This document shows positions 17,210 through 26,450 of a stretch of 47,863 bases of DNA, in pieces. This DNA comes from Myxococcales bacterium (GTDB lineage Bacteria; Myxococcota_A; Polyangia; Polyangiales; Polyangiaceae), in NCBI GenBank assembly GCA_025354825.1, contig JANXMC010000030.1:1-47863 (forward strand), written 5' to 3'. Below the pieces are notes generated by a model. It was given only the letters and a program-made list of their open reading frames with translations. It was not told the DNA's origin and searched no databases. The first letter of the stretch is position 1; each line of letters opens with the position of its first letter. The translations under genes and the position numbers were made by a program.

Positions 17210-19024
17210 ATGCAGTTTCGTCGTGTCATCACGCCCTGTTTGGCATTCATGGCCGCCCCCTTCGTTCAGTGCACGTCGCCCGTCTCGGTCACCGAGCGGG
17301 TCGACAGCCAAGTCGTCACACGCACCACCTTGAGCGGTGTCGAGATCTTCGCGGAAGAGAGCGGCAACGTGAGCCGCTACCTCTGCTCCAAAGCGGCGAT
17401 CGATGCGCTGCCCGAGGGCGCTTCGGCCCTTCGCGACGCGGCGACCGTCCGTGCGAGCTGCAAGCAAAGCGGCTCCCTCGACGTCGCGACCTTTCGTGCG
17501 AAATGGTCGTCGGCCTACATCGAGTACGCAAACTTCACGATTCTCGGGGTTCACGACGCCTCGGGCGAGCTCAACGAGCAAGAGACCATCGCGTTGAGCG
17601 ATCTCGTCCGGTCACTCGGGTGGAGCTTCGCCGATCCCAAGACCAATACGGAAGCGTACGAGGGGGCGGCGCTGCGCGAGACGCGTGGGGCTTTCCTTAA
17701 CGTGCTCGATACCGTGTTCGACTCGGCGGCGCCGAGCGGCGCGAAGTTGGGTGGTGGCAGCGCACAGCAAGGCGCCGCCATGCACCTCTTAGGAGAAGGT
17801 GTGGAGGTCGCAACGGTGCGCCTCGAGGGGGACGCAAACGGAGCCCCACAGGTTCTGGTTCTCGGTCTCAAAGGGGCGACGGCCCTCGTGGATGCGCTCG
17901 ATGTGACGTCGAACGACGACTGTGCCGCCGTCGAGAGTGTGAAGGCGCTCGGCGCGAACGGCTCTACGAACGTGGGGGCGACCCATGCGACGGGCGATCG
18001 CTGGGCCCTCGACGGCGCGCCGAGCTCTGTGCTCAGCGTCACGGTCACGGCGACGAAGCGCGTGGCCGGGGATTGCACCCTCACAGTGTCGGCCCACCGC
18101 GCCGAGCTCGCCGAGAAGCCTGCGTCCGATGACGCGCGCGATCTCAAAATGAAGACTCTCATGGCCCGCCGCGACCACCGCAGCTGGCACTATCTCTGGC
18201 ACGGCATTCGGAACGGCTGGCTCCGTATGTCGACCGCGCAACGCGCCAAAGTCCGCGCGATGGGCCCCGCATGGGGTCGCGAGCAAGAGCCCGCGAAGGC
18301 GCCGTCCAAAGCGCGCGGCGAAGAGTTCCTCCATATGCACCGCGCGATGCTCGCGATGCTCAAGGACCACCTCGGCGATCAGATGTACGAGCCGTGGGAA
18401 GCGCCGCCTCCGGCCGACGACGCGAGCTTTCCTCTCCCCCCCGACAACGACGACCCTCAGGCCTACGCGCAGCTCGTCGCATGGGACAAGCAGGCGAAAG
18501 ACAGCGGATTTCTAAAGGGGAAGTCGCTCTCGGAGTATGGAGAGTGGCTCGAGACGACGCTCCACAACAACATGCACATGCGCTGGGCCGACTGGCGCGT
18601 CGGCTCGAAATTCCAACAGCTCGAGCCCGCGAACGTCTTCACGCCCGGCAAGCCCGACGCCGACGTCTTCGCGAACGATTACCTCGGGTCGACCTACGCT
18701 TCCCACGTGAATCCGATCTTCTATCGGCTTCACGGCTACGTGAACAACCGCATCGAAGACTGGCTCGCCGCCAACGGTTACAGCGAGGTTTCGGACGACG
18801 CGGCCTGCGTCGCTCCCACCTGTTACAAGTGGCGGGGCGTTTGGGACGGCGCCTTCCCCCACCGCATCACGAGCGATACGACGGTCTCGGTCACGCCGTC
18901 CGAGGCGCCGACTCCGGAGGCCCTTCAGGGCCTCGCACAGGATCGGAGCCTCGTTCGGCTGATTCACGCCAACTCGAACATGTCGAACGCTCCTACTGAG
19001 GGCCAGCCGTCGTCAGGCAACTGA
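17210..19024 (+). CDS. Secreted protein with a C-terminal type-3 copper (tyrosinase-like) domain and an unknown N-terminal half
   Basis: 604 aa with an N-terminal signal-like segment. CuA-like FLHMHRAMLAMLKDH. CuB-like TLHNNMHMRW (HxxxH), followed by FYRLHGYVNNRIEDWL, which resembles the tyrosinase F-x-x-H-H-x-x-x-D-R-x-W block. Confidence 0.6.
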   Translation: MQFRRVITPCLAFMAAPFVQCTSPVSVTERVDSQVVTRTTLSGVEIFAEESGNVSRYLCSKAAIDALPEGASALRDAATVRASCKQSGSLDVATFRAKWSSAYIEYANFTILGVHDASGELNEQETIALSDLVRSLGWSFADPKTNTEAYEGAALRETRGAFLNVLDTVFDSAAPSGAKLGGGSAQQGAAMHLLGEGVEVATVRLEGDANGAPQVLVLGLKGATALVDALDVTSNDDCAAVESVKALGANGSTNVGATHATGDRWALDGAPSSVLSVTVTATKRVAGDCTLTVSAHRAELAEKPASDDARDLKMKTLMARRDHRSWHYLWHGIRNGWLRMSTAQRAKVRAMGPAWGREQEPAKAPSKARGEEFLHMHRAMLAMLKDHLGDQMYEPWEAPPPADDASFPLPPDNDDPQAYAQLVAWDKQAKDSGFLKGKSLSEYGEWLETTLHNNMHMRWADWRVGSKFQQLEPANVFTPGKPDADVFANDYLGSTYASHVNPIFYRLHGYVNNRIEDWLAANGYSEVSDDAACVAPTCYKWRGVWDGAFPHRITSDTTVSVTPSEAPTPEALQGLAQDRSLVRLIHANSNMSNAPTEGQPSSGN

Positions 19025-19804
19025 CCTCGGAGGCCGCGAGAACGCGGCTGTAGACGCGGATGTCGTCGATCTGACCGTTGAGCCACTCGTTCGCGGTGTC
19101 GATGGCGGCGCCAACGACCATGGATGTGCCCGTCGTAGTGAGCGAGAGCGCTCCGGCGGGCATGTTCGTCGTGGTTGCATCCATGTACGAGACGATGTTC
19201 GTGCCGCCGTAGGTCACGACCGCGGGGTGCCTTGTTCGAGCGGCGGCCCCCGTCGGAGAGCTCGAATCTGAAGCGACGTTAACATAGGTCCCCGACGCGC
19301 CCGTGAACGAGAGGGCGGCATTCGCGTTCCCATGCTTGTCCGTCGTGAACGAGACACCGGAGCCGGTGAGCGCGCCACCGGCGCCGACGCCGAGCACGTC
19401 TTGCACGGTGCTCCCCGTGATCGGATACCAAGCGACGAGGCCGTTCGACGACGTCACACAGCTGGGAGTGGGGGGTGTCGTACCCTCCCCATGGCCCTCA
19501 AACGTGGAGTTGGAACCGTTCGGATTGTTGAAGCTCCCGGCCGTGGGGCTCGTGCAATTCTCGCTGTTCGGGGCCACGTCGCCCTAGCTCGTGATGATGC
19601 CGGACGACGCCCCTGCGCCCGACCCGGAGGCCAGCGTCACCCCCGTACGGGTCATGGAGTCGATGTAAGAGGTGAGGCTCGTCACCTTACCCCCCATGAG
19701 GTTCGTCGCGGCGACGCTGCCGGTGACCACTTCGGGCCCTGCCCAGAGCAGGCCATGGCCGCCAGAAGAGATGACGCGAACAACCAGACCCTGCCGCTTC
19801 GCAT
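18993..19804 (-). pseudogene. Disrupted LamG (concanavalin-A-like) domain lipoprotein gene
   Basis: LamG_3-like tail: LSFTGASGTYVNV ... WLNGQIDDIRVYSRVLAASEV. There is an in-frame TAG at 19584-19586 (..SGIITS*GDVAPNSENC). Upstream, high-GC3 coding continues in the same frame, but the signal/lipobox (MRSGRVWLFASSLLAAMACSGQGP, ATG 19804) is in another frame, which implies a frameshift near 19740. Confidence 0.5.
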
Positions 19805-20244
19805 AGGGAGACCCCCTCGTCGTGGGCGCCCGCTCCCACCGCTGGGGGGCGCATGTGGTGAACGTGGATTGGCGATTAGGGCATCACCCGATGACCGAAC
19901 AAGCCAATCCACTAGGCCTACGGCCCCCCGAAGCTTCAGGTCGATGTGAGCAATTTGTCGCACATTTAGGCGCGGTTACATGTCCGTTGGCGCCCGCCTG
20001 AGTCGGAATGCCAAATAGCAATTGGACGCAACCAGGGTTGCTCTCAACGAGGTTTCCCAATTCCGAATGGGGGTACGGGAGGGGTTCCATCCCGTCAAAC
20101 CCCCCGGTCCAAACCCGCCGGCGCCGTGCGGTGTGGGGTCGGCGTTGGTGGAGCGACTAGGAGACCCCTGCTCTAAGAACTTTCAAAAACCTCGATGAGA
20201 ACACTTGCTATGTACATGCACAGGCGGCTAGGTTCTCCATCACA

Positions 20245-20853
20245 ATGGCGAAAGCAAAAAAGAGCAGTGACGGGTCCAAGGTCTCCAAGTCTGCATTCGT
20301 GCGTCAGCACCCGAGCCTCAGCCCCGCCGAGGTAGAGGCCAAGGCGAAGGAAGCTGGGATGACGCTGTCGGCAGCCTATGTGTCGAACATCCGCTCGGCG
20401 GACAAAGCCAAGGGTGGCGTTAAGAAGACGCGCGGCCCCAAGAAGGGTGCAACCGCCAGCGCCAAGGCCGAAGCGGCAGCCCCCCAGAAGCGCAAGACGG
20501 GCCCCACGCCCGGCGGCGGCCCCTCGAAGAGCGACTTCATTCGCGCTCACTCCGATCTCTCTGTGAAGGATCTCGTCGCCGCGGGCGCAGCCAAGGGCAT
20601 CGAGCTTTCGCCCGGTCTCATCTACGGCGTTCGCGCGGCAAAGGGCCCCAAGGCGTCCAAGGCCACGGGCGCAAAGCGCGGCCGTCGTCCCGGCACGCAG
20701 GCCACGTCGACTGCAGCGGTTACGAGCTCCTCGCGTGGCGCCGCCGGCGACCCCGTCAAAGAGATCCTCCGTATTGCAATCGCGTCCGCCGGCATCGACG
20801 GCGCAGCCCGTCTGATCTCCGATGCGCACAAGCGCATCTCGATGATCGCCTGA
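20245..20853 (+). CDS. Lys/Ala/Gly-rich basic protein with two tandem ~45-aa modules (histone-like/nucleoid-associated candidate)
   Basis: 202 aa. Module 1 is SKSAFVRQHPSLSPAEVEAKAKEAGMTLSAAYVSNIRSADKAKG. Module 2 is SKSDFIRAHSDLSVKDLVAAGAAKGIELSPGLIYGVRAAKGPKAS. KKxxGPKKG-type linkers separate them. Confidence 0.75.
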   Translation: MAKAKKSSDGSKVSKSAFVRQHPSLSPAEVEAKAKEAGMTLSAAYVSNIRSADKAKGGVKKTRGPKKGATASAKAEAAAPQKRKTGPTPGGGPSKSDFIRAHSDLSVKDLVAAGAAKGIELSPGLIYGVRAAKGPKASKATGAKRGRRPGTQATSTAAVTSSSRGAAGDPVKEILRIAIASAGIDGAARLISDAHKRISMIA

Positions 20854-20866
20854 GAGGTCGCTCTCT

Positions 20867-20933
20867 CGAGAGCATGCTCGTAGGGCGTAGCCCGAAGGAA
20901 CATGCTCTCGGTGCATCCCATTTCGGTATTTTT
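20867..20933 (+). terminator. Candidate terminator hairpin after the histone-like gene
   Basis: CGAGAGCATG (20867-20876) pairs with CATGCTCTCG (20901-20910). An inner GGGC-gta-GCCC hairpin sits in the loop. The T5 run at 20929-20933 is 19 nt downstream and not adjacent, so this is weak. Confidence 0.3.
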
Positions 20934-21024
20934 AGCGCGAACCGTCGCTCGTGAGCTCTACTGAGCTTTACGGGATGAGCCGGACGTCTCTGCACAAATA
21001 GCGCTCGTCGACTCCCTCGTCAGG

Positions 21025-21666
21025 GTGCTCGCGCAGCAGGCGCCGGCGCTCGACGCCGAATGTGCAGCTCCGCGCGACAACCCGCCAACGCTCCTGACGG
21101 CGATCTCCCAGTGCGCGGCCCGGCTCCGCCCAAGCACGCCGCTCTTCATGAGCACGCTGCTCGCGCGCACCCGCGCAGAGCCGGCCATAGATCACGAGCT
21201 GGTCGCGAGATCGAATCCGCCGACCCCGTCTGGCTCCTCCCGGCGTTCATCCCAGTGGGAGGCGTTCGCGCCATCCCAGCTGCGCTCGGCCGCTCTGCGA
21301 GGCGGCGGCGTGATGGGTGCTCACCACAGTCTCCTCGAGGTGGTCCGGGGGGCGTTCGAGGGGCTTTGGAGCGACCCTGCGTTCGAGCGGTGTCGCGAGG
21401 CGCTCCGCCGCGTCCTCCCAACGGTCGACAGGCTCGCACGGGAGATTCGAGAAGACGCCGAGGCCGCGTCGAGACGCTCTCAAGTCTCGAAAACGCTCCG
21501 CGCCGAGCTCTTGGAGAGGTCGGGTCGCGAGCGATCTCAGTCGCAGGCTCGCGTTCCTCACCCCCGTCGACGAGGTAAAGCTCTCCTCCCACGCGGGAGA
21601 CCGCGCCCATTGCGATTAACTGGGAGCTCGACAACCTGCGCCGTCACCCCTGGTAGGGGCCTTTGA
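21025..21666 (+). CDS. Hypothetical protein (uncertain)
   Basis: GC3 is about 80% in this frame from 21025 to about 21540 by manual count. There is no recognisable domain, competing minus-strand ORFs exist, and the last ~100 nt look non-coding. Confidence 0.3.
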   Translation: MLAQQAPALDAECAAPRDNPPTLLTAISQCAARLRPSTPLFMSTLLARTRAEPAIDHELVARSNPPTPSGSSRRSSQWEAFAPSQLRSAALRGGGVMGAHHSLLEVVRGAFEGLWSDPAFERCREALRRVLPTVDRLAREIREDAEAASRRSQVSKTLRAELLERSGRERSQSQARVPHPRRRGKALLPRGRPRPLRLTGSSTTCAVTPGRGL

Positions 21667-22126
21667 CCTCGCCCCAGCCCCATTTGGGCATGGGGGCATC
21701 TCCGTTCACGTCCGCGCCGGGTTGTGAATTGATGACGGCGAGCCGCGTGCCCCATTCGAGATAGGCGACGAGGGCCGAGCGGAACTCGGGGTCGCTCGGA
21801 ACGCCTATTTCGTCGGCACACTGGAGGAGGAGCTGCACCCAGCGCGCGCGCTTGGTTTCGTCGAGGGCGCGATCGACATGCTTGTGAATCATGTGCGGGT
21901 GGCCGCCGTGATGCTCGCTGTAGGCCTTGGGGCCGCCGAAGACCTCCGCCACGAAGGCCGCGACGTGCTTCACGTGATCCGGCGACATTTGAGCAAACAC
22001 GGGGGCGAGCACCGGGTCGCTCGGCACGCGCGCATAGAAGACCGTGAAGAGGCGCTCGAGGGCGGGCATGCCCCCCATCCATTCGAAGAGCGTCGGGATC
22101 GTCACGGCAGGCGTCGAGTCCGTCAT
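21644..22126 (-). CDS. glbO: Group II truncated haemoglobin
   Basis: Start taken at ATG 22126 (MTDSTPAV). FGGPKAYSEHHGGHPHMIHKHVDRALDETKRARWVQLLLQCADE...LVAYLEWG matches the trHbO pattern (GGP..YSE..GHP.m...H ... W). Confidence 0.85.
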   Translation of the reverse strand: MTDSTPAVTIPTLFEWMGGMPALERLFTVFYARVPSDPVLAPVFAQMSPDHVKHVAAFVAEVFGGPKAYSEHHGGHPHMIHKHVDRALDETKRARWVQLLLQCADEIGVPSDPEFRSALVAYLEWGTRLAVINSQPGADVNGDAPMPKWGWGEVKGPYQG

Positions 22127-22260
22127 GGGAGACGAGCGTAATTCGTCGGGGGCCCGCGGCGCGTCTTCGTGCCCCTCGAGGTGTGTCGCGTTACGCGAAC
22201 GAAGCCGAACCGTCGCGCGGCCGTGTCGTTGCCGTCGCGCCGACTGCGTAGCCCTTCGGC

Positions 22261-24135
22261 ATGGATACGCTCGTTTACGCGCTTCGCTACCATCTCGTTC
22301 CGATCGCGTGGCTTGCGTTCGTCCTCGTGGGTCATTCGGTGGCGTCACGCTTTCTCGCGGCTCCCGACCATCGCGCCTTCGACCGCGCAATGGTTGCCGT
22401 GCTCACGTCGGTCTTGGCTCCTATCGCCATCGTCGGAGCGCTCGCGGCTGTGGGCGCGGCAAGCGCCGTCTCGGTCGCCGTTGCATCGCTCGTCGTCGGG
22501 GCTACCCTCGCGGCGCTCGCCGGGCGTTCGGGGTGCCGTGCCTCGGTCCAGGAGCTTCGGCAAATTGCAAAACGCGCCTTCGGCCAGGGGCGTCGGGCGT
22601 TGGCGACGTGGGTCGCCGTGGCTCTCGCCATCGGCGCTTTCTGCCTCGCCGCCACCTCGAGCTTTCTTCTCGAGCCGTGGGCGTGGGATGCGCTCGGCTA
22701 CCACCTGCCAATCGTTCACACAATCGTCGAAACCGGCTGGAATGCAGCGGTTCCAGGGCACGACGCCTATGTGAACACGTATCCGCGTGCCATCGAGCTG
22801 TTCATGGCGTGGTGGCGGTTCGTCTCCCCCGACGACGCGCTTCTCGACCTCGCCCAAGCGCCCTTCGCGCTCGTCGGCGCGACGGCCGTCGCCGCGTGGT
22901 CGCGTCGCCTCGGAGCGTCACCCGCACGCAGCGTTCTCTTCGGTGCCACGTTCGCGGTGCTCCCCGTCGTCTATTTGCAAATGGCGACGAACTACGTCGA
23001 CATCGCATTTGCAGCGCTCTTTTTGAGTGCCACGTATTTGGCATTCGCACCGCCGAGCTGGCCTATCACGGTTGCCGCGGGGCTCACCTTTGCCGCCTAC
23101 GTTGCGACGAAACCTTCGGGCCCGGCGTCTCTCGCGCTTGTGATGACGACCCTCGCGCTGCGCGTTCGAACGCGCGATCAGGCGCAAAAGCTGGCCGGAA
23201 TCGCGGCCCTAGCGCTCTTGGGAATGGGCTCCTACTTCGATAACTTCCTCACCTACGGAAACCCGATTTGGCCCGTGCGCGTGGCGCTTGGCCCGTTCTC
23301 CCTTCCGGGGTCCGAGACCATGGGCGAGCTCGTTCAAGCGGGAATGCCCGACGCGCTTCGTGGCTTGTCGCCCATGGCGCGCATTCTCGCGTCGTGGACG
23401 ACAGTGCTTGCGCCGTACAATTTCGATATGCGGCTCGGCGGCTTCGGACCCGTGTTCGCCTTCGTGCTTCTCCCGCTCGCGCCGGTCGTCGTCCTTCGCG
23501 CGCGGCGGGTCGATGCTCGCGCCTGGATGGCCGTGGTCGTGATCGCGCCGCTCGTCACGCCGGGGGCGTTCTGGGCGCGCTACACCATCGCGACCGCAGG
23601 TGCGCTCCTCGCCGTCGTCGCCGCCGGAAGTGAGCTCTTTCCGCGGGGATCGAGGCGCATCGTCGACGGCGCCCTCTGCGTCGCTGCGCTAGGCGGGCTC
23701 GTCCTCGCCACGCCGGGGCTCACAGGTGGTGGGCCGAGCCTCGTTGCCCTCGCGAAGATGACACCCGATGCGCGCGCCGACTGCGTGAGCGTCGACGGCT
23801 CGGGCCGCGCTTGGGCCGATGCGCGGCGTCGCGTACGACCGGGCGGTGCCTTTGGCTACGACACCTCCGTGAATCTGTTGGGGCAGGTCTTTCCGCAGAC
23901 CCCGGAGACGCGTGCCCTCCTCGTCCCACCGACCGTCCCCGACGGGGCCGCCCTCGAATCGTGGGTGCGCACCGCGCGCGTCGACGTCGTCGTGCTCGGC
24001 AACGATACGCCGCAGGGGGCTCACGCCCTTCGCACGCACGACCGCTTTCGCACGCTCTTCGCCTGCCCTCTCGATCCGTGCACCGTCTTCGAGGTCGTCG
24101 TCACGAATCGAGCGTCCCTCTCACTTTCTCGATGA
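22261..24135 (+). CDS. Polytopic membrane protein, possibly an ArnT/PMT-like GT-C glycosyltransferase
   Basis: 624 aa with many hydrophobic segments in the first ~450 aa, followed by a soluble C-domain. The GT-C assignment is by architecture only. Confidence 0.6.
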   Translation: MDTLVYALRYHLVPIAWLAFVLVGHSVASRFLAAPDHRAFDRAMVAVLTSVLAPIAIVGALAAVGAASAVSVAVASLVVGATLAALAGRSGCRASVQELRQIAKRAFGQGRRALATWVAVALAIGAFCLAATSSFLLEPWAWDALGYHLPIVHTIVETGWNAAVPGHDAYVNTYPRAIELFMAWWRFVSPDDALLDLAQAPFALVGATAVAAWSRRLGASPARSVLFGATFAVLPVVYLQMATNYVDIAFAALFLSATYLAFAPPSWPITVAAGLTFAAYVATKPSGPASLALVMTTLALRVRTRDQAQKLAGIAALALLGMGSYFDNFLTYGNPIWPVRVALGPFSLPGSETMGELVQAGMPDALRGLSPMARILASWTTVLAPYNFDMRLGGFGPVFAFVLLPLAPVVVLRARRVDARAWMAVVVIAPLVTPGAFWARYTIATAGALLAVVAAGSELFPRGSRRIVDGALCVAALGGLVLATPGLTGGGPSLVALAKMTPDARADCVSVDGSGRAWADARRRVRPGGAFGYDTSVNLLGQVFPQTPETRALLVPPTVPDGAALESWVRTARVDVVVLGNDTPQGAHALRTHDRFRTLFACPLDPCTVFEVVVTNRASLSLSR

Positions 24136-24653
24136 GCGTCGCGGGCGTAATCGTTGCCGCCCACCGCGGCGGCGAGCAGCGAGCTTTTCCGCTCCTGCGC
24201 GCGGAGACGGGCGTTGGCGTAGAGCGACGCGATGTAGCCGTCGTACATCTTGCCGCCGGCCACGAGCTGAAAGCCGAGCTGAACGAGCACGAACGGCGCC
24301 AGCGTTAAGCTCGCGGCGCTCCCCAAGACGACGAGGAGGACGAACATTGGCAGCTCGAAGGCAAGAAGGCTTGCCCGGAGGAGCCAGGGTCGCGGTGCGA
24401 GGAGGTTCGTTAGCCCACCCGCGACGCCGCTCGTGCAGGCGACGGCGAGCCACGGCATCGGGCCATTCACCTGGTGGAGCGCGAGCACGAAGCACGCGAA
24501 CGCGCTCCAAAGCAGGCCTGCGCCGATGCTGAGCGTGGCGAAGACGGCGCGGAGTACCTTGGTCCTGCCACCGACGCAGCGCCTCGACCTGACGTCGAAC
24601 GTGAACCGCGCGCGAACCCTCGCCGAGGGAGACAGGTGCAGCGCGTTCATCAT
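24021..24653 (-). CDS. Small polytopic membrane protein, unknown function
   Basis: Start taken at the ATG-ATG pair (MMNALHL) at 24653. There are four hydrophobic segments. The last ~38 codons overlap the convergent 22261-24135 gene. Confidence 0.55.
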   Translation of the reverse strand: MMNALHLSPSARVRARFTFDVRSRRCVGGRTKVLRAVFATLSIGAGLLWSAFACFVLALHQVNGPMPWLAVACTSGVAGGLTNLLAPRPWLLRASLLAFELPMFVLLVVLGSAASLTLAPFVLVQLGFQLVAGGKMYDGYIASLYANARLRAQERKSSLLAAAVGGNDYARDAHRESERDARFVTTTSKTVHGSRGQAKSVRKRSCVRRA

Positions 24654-24840
24654 GGGGTCCTCATGTGCACCCCCAACGGCCGGTCTTCGCGGAGATGAGC
24701 GCGCGCGCCCGTCCATCTGCGCTTGAGGTTTTCCGCCAGCCGACTCCGCTCGATGTCGTGATCGAAAAACGGCCGCCGAGCAGTTACTTGAGCGCGCACG
24801 CTCTCGTGGCCGATGAAGGTTTGAGTGCGCACGGGAAATT

Positions 24841-26385
24841 GTGGCGAGCTCGTATGAAGTTCGTCCTCGCGCGGCCGTTCACCTTCGCGTGAGCCAACAC
24901 CCTGCAAGCCGCATCATCTTGGTCGATCCGTCCGAGCGCGCGCGAGACGTCCTCGGCAAGCGCCTCCGCGCGCAAGGCTATGTCGTCGACTGTGCAGGCG
25001 ATGCAGCCACCGGCGCGGACATGGCGCTCTCGGCGCCTCCGAGCGTCGTCGTCGCAGACCTCTGGATGCCGAGCATCTCCGGAGTCCAGCTCTGTCGCTT
25101 GCTCCGCTCCGAGCCGGCGACGGCCGATGTCGCCATCATTCTCGCCGGCGACACGGACGAACCGAAGAACCGCTTCCGGGCCGGGCGCGCGGGCGCGAAC
25201 GCCTATGTTCAAAAGCACCGAACGGGAGATCTCCTTCGTGCGATCGGCCAGGCGGTCGGCCCTCCGAAGCCTGAAGACCCGTTCTTCTTGCAGCTCGCCG
25301 AAAGCTCGATCGACATCCGCGATCGGATAGCTCGGCACCTCGACGACGCTCTCTTCGACGCGATCATCGCGTCCGAAGTGCGGGCGCTGGCGACTTGCGG
25401 TGAGCTCGATCGACTCTTCGACCTGTTCACGCAATTTCTCTCCCAGGTAACACAATACCGCTGGGTGGGGCTCTGGGTACTCGGAACGCCCGACAGGTTC
25501 GCGCTCCATCACAGTTCGCTCGGCGGGGGCGTGGCCGAGCGCGAGGCACGCGAGGCTTTGCAGCTCCCGGACTCCAGCCGCCCCACTGTGTCCATCGAAG
25601 ACGAAGACGCGCTTTGCGACCCCCGGTGCGCGCCGGCGATCGTCCGCGCGGTCCCGTTTGGAAACGGTAACATTGCCAAGATTGCTTTCAGTCCGAGTCG
25701 GGTGTCGGACGCCGCCGCGTCTGCAAAGCTCATCTCGCACATCGCCCGCGAGCTCGGGGGGCCCCTCCGAATGGCGATGCTCGTCGAAGAGTCGCAGCGC
25801 CTTGCTTCGAGCGACCCGCTCACGGGGCTGATGAATCGTCGGTCGTTCACGACTTCCATACATGCCGAAATCGAACGCTCGCGACGTTACGGCCATCCGC
25901 TCTCGCTCGCAGTCCTCGATGTCGACCACTTCAAACGAGTGAACGATCGCTACGGGCACGGGGCAGGTGACCGCGTGCTCGCAGCGTTGGGTGGGCACCT
26001 GAGTGGAGACGCTCTCCGTCGCGTCGACTTCGCCGCCCGTTGGGGAGGTGAAGAGTTTGTAATCGCCTATGTGAACACGACCGAAGCGGGCGCGTTGGTG
26101 GCCGCCGAGCGCCTGCGCGCCTCAATCGCGAGTCTCGTCGTCGTCGACGAAAAGGGGGAGGCCCTTCCCGTCACGGCGTCGATCGGCGTGAGCGAGCTTA
26201 GGAGCGGCGATTCGCTCGAGCGCTTGGTCGATCGTGCCGACCGCGCGATGTACGACGCGAAGCTCGCGGGACGAAACCGCGTGCTGCCGACCGGTCCCGA
26301 GCAACTGAGTAGAGCGTCGCGCCCCCCGCGGAGCGTCTCGAGCCCGCATCTCCACGGCCTCGGCGCCGCAAAGCTCGCCTCGTAA
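24841..26385 (+). CDS. Response-regulator diguanylate cyclase (REC-GAF-like-GGDEF) with an intact A-site and I-site
   Basis: REC: ILVDPSE...VVVADLWMPSISG...YVQK. GGDEF: DPLTGLMNRRSF...LDVDHFKRVNDRYGHGAGD...RRVDFAARWGGEEF, with RxxD five residues before GGEEF. An alternative start is GTG 24889. Confidence 0.9.
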   Translation: MASSYEVRPRAAVHLRVSQHPASRIILVDPSERARDVLGKRLRAQGYVVDCAGDAATGADMALSAPPSVVVADLWMPSISGVQLCRLLRSEPATADVAIILAGDTDEPKNRFRAGRAGANAYVQKHRTGDLLRAIGQAVGPPKPEDPFFLQLAESSIDIRDRIARHLDDALFDAIIASEVRALATCGELDRLFDLFTQFLSQVTQYRWVGLWVLGTPDRFALHHSSLGGGVAEREAREALQLPDSSRPTVSIEDEDALCDPRCAPAIVRAVPFGNGNIAKIAFSPSRVSDAAASAKLISHIARELGGPLRMAMLVEESQRLASSDPLTGLMNRRSFTTSIHAEIERSRRYGHPLSLAVLDVDHFKRVNDRYGHGAGDRVLAALGGHLSGDALRRVDFAARWGGEEFVIAYVNTTEAGALVAAERLRASIASLVVVDEKGEALPVTASIGVSELRSGDSLERLVDRADRAMYDAKLAGRNRVLPTGPEQLSRASRPPRSVSSPHLHGLGAAKLAS

Positions 26386-26450
26386 CGCAGAGGGATCATG
26401 AGACTTCGACCTCGGAATGGGCTGGCTTGGCAGCCGAAAGGATCGCTCCC

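Noticed and set aside
20005-20045. GCCAAA...GGACGCAA, reminiscent of the GEMM-I c-di-GMP riboswitch core
   Set aside because: Only 8 nt separate the two boxes, so the P1 hairpin with its GNRA loop is missing, and the downstream tetraloop-receptor helix is not recognisable. This is probably chance.
24784-25998. 404-aa minus-strand ORF
   Set aside because: It is antisense to the REC-GAF-GGDEF gene, which carries clear REC and GGEEF motifs on the plus strand.
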